64,000 nt of DNA from a virus. Both the position numbers and the translations under genes were made by a program. Of the stretch, positions 27,223 to 34,697 are shown piece by piece. The stretch lies in IMG/VR virus record IMGVR_UViG_3300044644_001556. One strand, written 5' to 3'. Within the stretch, counting starts at the first letter, position 1; the number at the start of each line of letters is the position of its first letter. A model generated the notes under the pieces. That model was not told the origin of the DNA, searched no databases, and saw only the letters and a program-made list of their open reading frames with translations.

Positions 27223-28107
27223 CTAGTTTAAGTGAACTAATTTGATATAATCATTAGTATGGATCATATTGCGTAAGTGGATTTTGCAACCCGCTGCATT
27301 TTTATGACCACCCCCTCCAAATTTTAATGCTAATTTACTGACGTCATAATCACCATTACTTCTAAATGATAATAAAACATCACCAGATCCAGTAACTGAA
27401 TAACATGCTCCGAAAGTTCCAGATTCTGATGCTAATGTATTTCCTAATTCCGAAATAAAAATAGATGAGCAATTAACTATTAATCCTTCTTGATCATCTA
27501 TAATACATTTAAATCCGTGTTTAGCTTGGAATTTAACTTGTTGCTTAATAAATGCATCGATCGATTTACCTTTTTCTAAAAATTGATCTAGGTAAGCTGA
27601 ATTTTGACAATTATCTATAAGTTCATTCCACTTAATAAAATCATGTTCTATTAAACTTAATGATTTATTGAACCAAGCAATATCTGGAATATAATGATTC
27701 CATAAATCGTAATTTGAAATATATTGAATAGCAATCGGAGCGTTAATATTAGGATTAAAATAATCCCAAGTTAATAATGCACCCGATTTAGACATATCAA
27801 AAATAGCAAAATCTAACCCATCTAATGCGGTTTGAGCTGATTTATGATGGTCTAATATCAAAACACTTTTCGCTACTGATTGTATTAATAAACAGTAATC
27901 TCGGGGAAAACTAAAATCGACGATATAAACTTCTTTATTTCGGAATAATTCGATATCATAATCAGTTTGATATTGAACTGGAAAATAATCGGCATCTTCC
28001 CCAAATTTGCGGTATATAACACACGCTGCACCGAAACCATCAGTACAGGATTTATGATAACAAACTAATATGTCTTTAATCAAATCGCTCGCTAATATTT
28101 CAGTCAT
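27223..28107 (-). CDS. DHH/DHHA1 phosphoesterase
   Basis: YH..C.DG, VDFS, LDHH, GGGHKNAAG. Confidence 0.9.
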   Translation of the reverse strand: MTEILASDLIKDILVCYHKSCTDGFGAACVIYRKFGEDADYFPVQYQTDYDIELFRNKEVYIVDFSFPRDYCLLIQSVAKSVLILDHHKSAQTALDGLDFAIFDMSKSGALLTWDYFNPNINAPIAIQYISNYDLWNHYIPDIAWFNKSLSLIEHDFIKWNELIDNCQNSAYLDQFLEKGKSIDAFIKQQVKFQAKHGFKCIIDDQEGLIVNCSSIFISELGNTLASESGTFGACYSVTGSGDVLLSFRSNGDYDVSKLALKFGGGGHKNAAGCKIHLRNMIHTNDYIKLVHLN

Positions 28108-28618
28108 TTATACCAACCTTATCTAATTTTAAATATAAATCTTCGATGGTTCCATTATTTTCAATAATATAATCAACCAATGAATCATCAATTCCAGCTT
28201 CTGATACGTGATCAGAAACTAACCCAGTATCCCTAATTATTTTAATAATGATACCGCCATTATTTTTAATCCAATTTACTTCATTTTCAAATCGAACGTC
28301 TGGTATAACTACATTATTCGGCCCAATTTTAGAACTTAATATATTAACCCATATATTCGGATCAATCATATGCCTCCCCCATTCAGTTCCTAATGTAGCT
28401 GCTAATTTACGATAGGAAACTTGAATAAAAGGAATAGGGGTTTCTTTTAATTCATTGACGTACTTATCGATCGGAAAATCTCCGGCTAAAGCATAAACCA
28501 TATCTTTAATTGGAGAAGCAAATGATAAAATTTCATAATTATGTTTTTCATGGAAATAGGTCGCCGACGTATCTTTACCGGATCGCTTAAATCCAGCTAT
28601 ACCAATTATTTTTTTCAT
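28100..28618 (-). CDS. deoxynucleoside monophosphate kinase (T4 gp1-like)
   Basis: GFKRSGKDT, FA.PIK, LGTEWGR, DVRFENE, H.SE. Confidence 0.88.
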   Translation of the reverse strand: MKKIIGIAGFKRSGKDTSATYFHEKHNYEILSFASPIKDMVYALAGDFPIDKYVNELKETPIPFIQVSYRKLAATLGTEWGRHMIDPNIWVNILSSKIGPNNVVIPDVRFENEVNWIKNNGGIIIKIIRDTGLVSDHVSEAGIDDSLVDYIIENNGTIEDLYLKLDKVGIND

Positions 28619-29055
28619 TTAATATATCCGAATTGATTTAAGAATAGTTCAGTAATAGGTAATCGATTATATCGATACCACCAAATTTTACGTTGTAGTC
28701 GTTCAGTGATTCGAGCTTTAACTAAATTAAAATCTTTTTCTACCGGAACCCAATCATTAAATAAATCTTTCGGCCAAACCTCAGTCGGAAAATCATAATC
28801 ATTTTTAATTCCCCTTCGCGATAATTCAGATTTAATCAATAGATATCTATCATGTAAATATTTTCCTTTATTATAAAAGAAATAACAATGGCCAGTATTT
28901 AATGTATATTCCGGCGGTACTTTAGCCGGAACAAAACCATTCTTACTACGTAAAGTTCGCAATAAATTACTACATAACATTCTAGTTTCAACATATTCAG
29001 CTAATAAATGCTGGTCAGTTAAAATTTCAGGTTCAACAATATTAATTCGGACCAT
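28615..29055 (-). CDS. denV: pyrimidine dimer DNA glycosylase (endonuclease V)
   Basis: RIN.V....L.DQHLLAEY.E, YTL.TGH..FFYNK. Confidence 0.88.
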   Translation of the reverse strand: MVRINIVEPEILTDQHLLAEYVETRMLCSNLLRTLRSKNGFVPAKVPPEYTLNTGHCYFFYNKGKYLHDRYLLIKSELSRRGIKNDYDFPTEVWPKDLFNDWVPVEKDFNLVKARITERLQRKIWWYRYNRLPITELFLNQFGYIK

Positions 29056-29627
29056 TAATTAATCTCCAAGGATTTTAAAATTTGATTAAAACGAGTTTCA
29101 ACATCACCACTTAATATAACAACTTTATCTTCGCCAATATATTGGATTACTTGTTCGTAAATAGCATTTACCTCATCTTGGAATTCTTTATCTAATGATC
29201 GAACTCCATCATCTACTATTTCAAACTCAGGTCTAATAAAAAATATTTTATCATAATCTGCAATTTGATTTAATGTATCTAATTGATTTAATAAAGTAGA
29301 GGCTTTAATCTTTTTATTATTAAATTGATATAATGTATAAGTAAAACAATCTAAAATACCACGATCTGCAATAAAATTATGCTTCTGTAAATTACTTAAA
29401 TGAGTTAGCATAATATCTTGCTGCGTCTTATCATTACCATCTACACCAAACGGATTACCTAATGATCTAGGAATACTAGTTACAAAATCGTAATCATTAA
29501 ATAAACCAGATTCTTGCATTTTATTAACTAATGTAGTTTTTCCAGTAGACTGGGTTCCAGCAAATACAATTTTCATAATACCTCCATTAAAAAAATATAT
29601 TATAAAGTAATTAAATAATTTAATCAA
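29055..29627 (-). CDS. P-loop nucleotide kinase-like ATPase (AAA_28/NadR-like)
   Basis: GTQSTGKTT, DRG.LD, DDGVR; probable start near MKIVF. Confidence 0.75.
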   Translation of the reverse strand: MIKLFNYFIIYFFNGGIMKIVFAGTQSTGKTTLVNKMQESGLFNDYDFVTSIPRSLGNPFGVDGNDKTQQDIMLTHLSNLQKHNFIADRGILDCFTYTLYQFNNKKIKASTLLNQLDTLNQIADYDKIFFIRPEFEIVDDGVRSLDKEFQDEVNAIYEQVIQYIGEDKVVILSGDVETRFNQILKSLEIN

Positions 29628-29700
29628 TCAAAAATAATACTATTATACTATAGACCTTTGTCTACATATCGTATATAATATTGTTTTTAATTAGGAGATA

Positions 29701-30189
29701 ATGATGCGTAAATCTAAAGATATAACGAAATTTGATATTGAATGGCAAATTAAACGCGTTAGTTTAAAAAGTTATAAAACGTATATTGAAAAATGTGATG
29801 TTGCGGCTGATTATCTAATGAAAAATAAAAATATTGCGGATCGAGAAAGAGTTTTAAATTATTTGGAAGGTTTATCTATGGCATATAAAAATGCAGATAG
29901 AAAATATATTTTAGATTTTAAAGATGAATTAGCTAAGATTGAAGTTACTGCGGAAAATAAATGTAATGTTAATTTAAATGAATTTAGTCATAAAGAATTA
30001 ACGTCTGTTGGTAAAGATTTAATGGTTCGTGCTAAAGGTTGGTTAAAAGATGGTTATAGAAATGAAGAATTATTAAATTTTTTAACTCGAGTTTTAGAAG
30101 CGACTAATGATACTAAAAGATTAAATCAATTAAATGAATTAATTGAATATAGTAAGTCGTTGCAGAATACACATAGTTTCTTTTTCTAA
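29701..30189 (+). CDS. hypothetical protein
   Basis: 162 aa; AGGAGA RBS; lone plus-strand gene in a minus-strand block. Confidence 0.7.
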   Translation: MMRKSKDITKFDIEWQIKRVSLKSYKTYIEKCDVAADYLMKNKNIADRERVLNYLEGLSMAYKNADRKYILDFKDELAKIEVTAENKCNVNLNEFSHKELTSVGKDLMVRAKGWLKDGYRNEELLNFLTRVLEATNDTKRLNQLNELIEYSKSLQNTHSFFF

Positions 30190-30205
30190 TAAAAATTTAA
30201 ACAAT

Positions 30206-30232
30206 AAAAAAGGGATCTTACGATCCCTTTTT
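30206..30232. terminator. bidirectional terminator
   Basis: AAAAAAGGGATC/GATCCCTTTTT between convergent genes. Confidence 0.8.
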
Positions 30233-30241
30233 ATTTGGAAT

Positions 30242-31102
30242 TTATTTTACAAAAGATCTAAATGTTTTAATATTATAATCTAATAATTCCATATCGAAGT
30301 CGGTATGATCTAAATAATCAACTAATTTCGTTCCTACTTTATTATCCAACCCATATTCCTCATATCGAATACCATTAATTGCATGAACGATTGGATTCGA
30401 CGTATCGCAGCTTTCTAAGAATTTAAATGCGGGTCTTTGATAAACAGGTTCTTGATCCCGATAATAGATAAATTCTTGCGGTACACTACAACCCAATAGA
30501 TGAGTAGGTTTAGTCGGTAAATTATCGCGAATAAACTCGACTAATAATGGTCTATTCATAGAATATTCAGCCAAACAAAACTGATCATAATTACTAAAAA
30601 TAGTCTTAGATGTAACTGCGGTTCCATCTTCATGATAAGAAATTGGCATATTATTATATCCCAATGCATTTACTAGGAATCGATAATTAAAACATAATGC
30701 AATCTTATCGACTTTATCGAACATTTGATGATAACAATCAATAAATTCATTTAATGTAGTTCCTTGAATTACTCCGATCTTAATGCCGGGTAAGTCAAAT
30801 TTACTATTCCATTCTTCGGCTTTATCTACGGTTGCTTTACCATTACCGATAACGTCAGGAATAATATATTCAGTCGGTTGTAATTTGCGAATCCAATCAG
30901 CATACTTATCTGAGTTAAATGCGGTTCCTAACTCGAATGCACTATTATCTAAAATAACAGTTCTATCTAATTCGATTGATTTTTTATAAAAATCATAATA
31001 TTCCTGATTTTCTTCAAATAAATGAACTAATGCGTAATCATAATCATTAAATTCTCTAGATTTTTCTAGCAATGCAATAGGTACTTCATGTGAAATTTTC
31101 AT
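30242..31102 (-). CDS. TGT/DpdA-like TIM-barrel protein (tentative)
   Basis: ILDNSAFE, PDV, GVIQG, HLLG, SCDTS follow the order of TGT-superfamily motifs. Confidence 0.5.
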   Translation of the reverse strand: MKISHEVPIALLEKSREFNDYDYALVHLFEENQEYYDFYKKSIELDRTVILDNSAFELGTAFNSDKYADWIRKLQPTEYIIPDVIGNGKATVDKAEEWNSKFDLPGIKIGVIQGTTLNEFIDCYHQMFDKVDKIALCFNYRFLVNALGYNNMPISYHEDGTAVTSKTIFSNYDQFCLAEYSMNRPLLVEFIRDNLPTKPTHLLGCSVPQEFIYYRDQEPVYQRPAFKFLESCDTSNPIVHAINGIRYEEYGLDNKVGTKLVDYLDHTDFDMELLDYNIKTFRSFVK

Positions 31103-31104
31103 TT

Positions 31105-31902
31105 TTATCCTTTATGAACAGTTTTAATTAAATGAGATATGTATTTTAATACATATCCTGGCTTATCGGAAGTTTTTATTAATAAATTTAAAGATAAATT
31201 AAATAATTCTAATTTAGTTGGATATTCTGGGATACTATATTCAATATCATTGTCTTTATACAATTCAATTAAATCACTAATTTCAATTTGTTCAGCATCT
31301 TCAGCATCCATCATTAATAGGATAGTTTTAAATAACCCGCTAATTTCTTTAGTGAAGGTATCGCGATGTTTATTATGAAATGAAATCCAATCATATTTGT
31401 GATGTAATCGTTTAAAATCTGTTGATAGGAAAACAATAGCTGCATCTTTTTTGATGTATGGGATTCCATTAATGATCGACATAAACGGGCTCCAATTATA
31501 AAATAATCCCGTTTCGTAAGTTACCCCATCATTTTCAAAAGTTGATATGCAATCATATTTACCTAAGGTAATATCTTTACTTAACGTTCTGCATCTTAGT
31601 CCTCGATTTACTAATAATGGTGTATTTTTAATATATCCCATTACGTCGATAAAATGCTTAATCTTTGTATTGCAATAATCAGAGTAAATAGAATCCCGAA
31701 AATCAATTAATTGATTCTCAATAACTAAAAACGTACCACCATTCAGCAAATCATTTATATGAAATAAATTCGATTTTTTATATAATTTTGTTATATTACT
31801 ATTTTCATTAAAAGTATGTTTAATTTTACCGTCAATTAAAATTTTCGGTAAATCATTTTCAATCGATGTTTCAATTGGCGATTTAATTAATAATTTATTC
31901 AT
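31105..31902 (-). CDS. hypothetical protein, paralogue of 55312..56373
   Basis: Shares L.GG.F..E.QLIDFRD..Y and NW.PF.S.I.G. Confidence 0.65.
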   Translation of the reverse strand: MNKLLIKSPIETSIENDLPKILIDGKIKHTFNENSNITKLYKKSNLFHINDLLNGGTFLVIENQLIDFRDSIYSDYCNTKIKHFIDVMGYIKNTPLLVNRGLRCRTLSKDITLGKYDCISTFENDGVTYETGLFYNWSPFMSIINGIPYIKKDAAIVFLSTDFKRLHHKYDWISFHNKHRDTFTKEISGLFKTILLMMDAEDAEQIEISDLIELYKDNDIEYSIPEYPTKLELFNLSLNLLIKTSDKPGYVLKYISHLIKTVHKG

Positions 31903-32110
31903 CGATATTCCTTTATTTTGTAAATTTAAAGTCCGGTTAATGGTAATTCAGTTAATACCCAATGGACGACGATTTGAATCTCAAATTAGGGGGCAGATTC
32001 GTTATTAGATATTTCTAACCTTAGCGAGGCGAACTTAAAAAGTTCTTCGCAGATAAATTCGATCGTCGCTGCAAATTTAATCTACGTTACATACGAGTCA
32101 ATAAAATCAT

Positions 32111-32139
32111 ATTATACTACGTTTTCCCATATAAATCAA
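32111..32139 (-). promoter_or_regulatory. sigma70-like promoter
   Basis: TTGATT-N17-TATAAT. Confidence 0.6.
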
Positions 32140-32140
32140 C

Positions 32141-32305
32141 TTATTTTTTTATAAAAATCCATCGGCCGATTGGCGGTATAATTAGCGGTAAACCCAAAGA
32201 CAATATCAAAATTATCGATATTTCATCCGGAGTTAAAATATCAGTTAACCCAATGCTCAAGTATATAAAAATAATACTAAAAAAATAAACATCACCTCTG
32301 CTCAT
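32141..32305 (-). CDS. small membrane protein (54 aa)
   Basis: Manual translation MSRGDVYFFSIIFIYLSIG...; two hydrophobic segments; AGGAGA RBS. Confidence 0.5.
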   Translation of the reverse strand: MSRGDVYFFSIIFIYLSIGLTDILTPDEISIILILSLGLPLIIPPIGRWIFIKK

Positions 32306-32306
32306 T

Positions 32307-33050
32307 TTAATCTCCTAATAAAATATATTTGTCGATATATGAATGGAATTTTGGTTCATTCGGATAACTTCTAGGATTAGTTCGTATTTTACAATTATTA
32401 TAATCAACATCATAACCTTCGTGCATATGTCCATAAAACCAATAATCAATATTATCCATATATCTAGTTAAATCACTGGAATAACAACCATTCGATTCAT
32501 ATCGATCTTTAAATCGTTCATTGATTGTTAAATATGAGGGGGCGTGATGAGAGCATACTATATTCATATAATCGTTAGTTAGTTCTTGTTTTAATATCTT
32601 TATAAATTTACTATGTTCTTCCAACCAATCATAAACAGTTAATATATTACCATCACTTCTAACTGATTTAAAATCACTAATCATACGAGGAGCTTTTTTC
32701 ATAGTCATTGCGTCAGCTTTATGAAAATCGGACCAGCAAGTTCCACCAATAAATTTAACATTATCTATTACAATAGATTCATTATGTAATACTGTAATAT
32801 TATTAGTAAAATAATTTTTAATTTTATCGACTTGATTTAAATCATATTGATAAAATTCATGATTACCTAAAATATACAAAACGCGATCAAATTTAGATGA
32901 TATATCATTAAAAAACTTTTTTGCGAACCGCTCATTCAATAAATTCGCGGGAATAATATCTCCACATAAGATTAAAACATCGCCAGTATCATTGATCGTA
33001 AAATTCGGTGAAAATTCTAAATGGATATCAGATGTATAATTTATTTTCAT
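32307..33050 (-). CDS. calcineurin-like metallophosphoesterase (paralogue of 18702..19496)
   Basis: SDIH, CGD, GNHE, SHHAP, GHMH. Confidence 0.88.
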   Translation of the reverse strand: MKINYTSDIHLEFSPNFTINDTGDVLILCGDIIPANLLNERFAKKFFNDISSKFDRVLYILGNHEFYQYDLNQVDKIKNYFTNNITVLHNESIVIDNVKFIGGTCWSDFHKADAMTMKKAPRMISDFKSVRSDGNILTVYDWLEEHSKFIKILKQELTNDYMNIVCSHHAPSYLTINERFKDRYESNGCYSSDLTRYMDNIDYWFYGHMHEGYDVDYNNCKIRTNPRSYPNEPKFHSYIDKYILLGD

Positions 33051-33076
33051 TAAATGACCTATTAATTTAAGTCATT

Positions 33077-33105
33077 ATTATATAGTATTACATTTTAAAG
33101 GTCAA
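33077..33105 (-). promoter_or_regulatory. sigma70 promoter
   Basis: TTGACC-N17-TATAAT. Confidence 0.7.
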
Positions 33106-33136
33106 TAAATATCTATTTTTACTATGATTGTTTACT

Positions 33137-33775
33137 ATGAACCTTATTGAATTAGTCGAATCGAGCACAACTAATCTAAAATCATCCGCATATGATGAGT
33201 TATTAAAATATAAAGGAGATGATAATGCATTTATTCACTTCTCCGATATATCCATGGTAAGTTTATATCCGGATGCAAAATATCGCACTCCGGTTGGTTT
33301 ATATGGTTATCCATTAACTGCTACGTGGTCGTATTATAAAGTAGATCAAAGCAAATCATTTAAAACTTATCCTCAAGGTCATCGAAAATTTATTCATATT
33401 TTCAAAGTCAATAAATTAAATAAATTAATAAATGCGAATAATTACCACAAATCAAAAGAAGATATTGAAAAATTAATTAAAATTTATCCAGATATCGATA
33501 TTCGGGGTGAATGGGGGTGGTTATCCCAAAAACATTATAATCAATTTCAATTATTTTGGGAAATCACTAAATTTATTGCAAAGCAATTAGATAAAAAAAA
33601 TTACGAACAAAAATGGTCTAGTGTAATTAAAAAATTAGGTTATAATGGGGTAATTGAAACTAAACCATCAGGTTTAATTTTCGGTAGTGAACCGATTCAA
33701 ATGTTCGTTTTTAGTAGAGGTGATATTGAATTAATAGACTTTATTAAAAATGCGGATTATAAAGGAAAAAAATAG
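33137..33775 (+). CDS. hypothetical protein, possible ADP-ribosyltransferase-like fold
   Basis: FIHFS, TPVGLYGYP, LGYNGVI...EPIQ..VF; MNLIELVES start. Confidence 0.45.
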   Translation: MNLIELVESSTTNLKSSAYDELLKYKGDDNAFIHFSDISMVSLYPDAKYRTPVGLYGYPLTATWSYYKVDQSKSFKTYPQGHRKFIHIFKVNKLNKLINANNYHKSKEDIEKLIKIYPDIDIRGEWGWLSQKHYNQFQLFWEITKFIAKQLDKKNYEQKWSSVIKKLGYNGVIETKPSGLIFGSEPIQMFVFSRGDIELIDFIKNADYKGKK

Positions 33776-33793
33776 GGCGATCAGCCCTATTTT
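33766..33793. terminator. intrinsic terminator
   Basis: AAAATAGGGC/GCCCTATTTT stem. Confidence 0.65.
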
Positions 33794-33988
33794 CTTTTAT
33801 TCTTTTACGAAGGTGTAAGCACCATCATAATATGCATCCGCTAATGCGTCTTTTAATAACTTTAAAATATTTTCGTATTCTTCTTCTGGTATATCTAAAT
33901 TAGAAAATTTTTCGTATAATTTATCCAAATTAGTTTTATTCATATCATAGTCCCTATTTGTTGTTAAATTTAATTTTAAATTATTTAT

Positions 33989-34023
33989 AAAAAAGAAGGA
34001 CTTATAATAAATTATAAGTCCTT
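33989..34023 (-). terminator. terminator downstream of the tRNA
   Basis: AAGGACTTATAAT/ATTATAAGTCCTT stem with minus-strand T-tract. Confidence 0.65.
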
Positions 34024-34102
34024 TAGATGGATTTTAAAATTAATTTAAAATCAGTAGGAGAGCACAGAGATAAATCGGTATATTAATTAAAAAAGTATTT
34101 TG

Positions 34103-34176
34103 TGGGCCGGAAGGGACTTGAACCCCTAACCTGCCGATTATGAGTCGGATGCTCTAACCAATTGAGCTACGGGCCC
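34103..34176 (-). tRNA. tRNA with CAU anticodon, probably Ile2 (lysidine type), otherwise Met; CCA not encoded
   Basis: GGGCCCG TA GCTC AATTGGTTA GAGC A TCCGA CTCATAA TCGGC AGGTT AGGGG TTCAAGT CCCTT CCGGCCC A. Confidence 0.9.
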
Positions 34177-34207
34177 ACAAAATACTCTTAATTACTAATA
34201 TTTAATT

Positions 34208-34236
34208 ATTATATGTATTATTAATATAAAAGTCAA
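34208..34236 (-). promoter_or_regulatory. sigma70 promoter of the tRNA
   Basis: TTGACT-N17-TATAAT. Confidence 0.8.
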
Positions 34237-34239
34237 GCA

Positions 34240-34473
34240 TTAAATTAAATCAAATGTATCTTTATCAATAACTGTATAAATGGTCGGATACTTATATCTT
34301 GCAATTTTGCTGCCTGGGTAAGTTAGACATATCAATCGAGATGCATAATACAATTCAATAAACTCACCTCCGCGAACTACGTATTGAATACGATCATTAT
34401 TTAATGTAATAGATTCATCATCGATTAATCGGATGGTACTATTTTGTGTGATCATACTAGTTATCCAAATCAA
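34240..34473 (-). CDS. hypothetical protein
   Basis: 77-aa ORF; start uncertain. Confidence 0.4.
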   Translation of the reverse strand: MIWITSMITQNSTIRLIDDESITLNNDRIQYVVRGGEFIELYYASRLICLTYPGSKIARYKYPTIYTVIDKDTFDLI

Positions 34474-34697
34474 AATAAAAACATATTATAAAACAAATAA
34501 ATTTAAAATTCAATTTATTTTATGATTTGGTATATTCGGTGGATAAATATAATTAGATAATTTTAATTTTAGAGTATGCTTAGGTTATTTAATAGTATAA
34601 ATAGTACTTGATATAGCACATATTATATAGTGGTGTCTATAATAAATATGTAATACTCTAATATATTATACAAAACACAATTTTACGGAGCATATAT

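Noticed and set aside
34090-34190. Prophage attachment site at the tRNA
   Set aside because: The flanking repeats are inverted rather than direct, no integrase is present, and phage genes continue on both sides.
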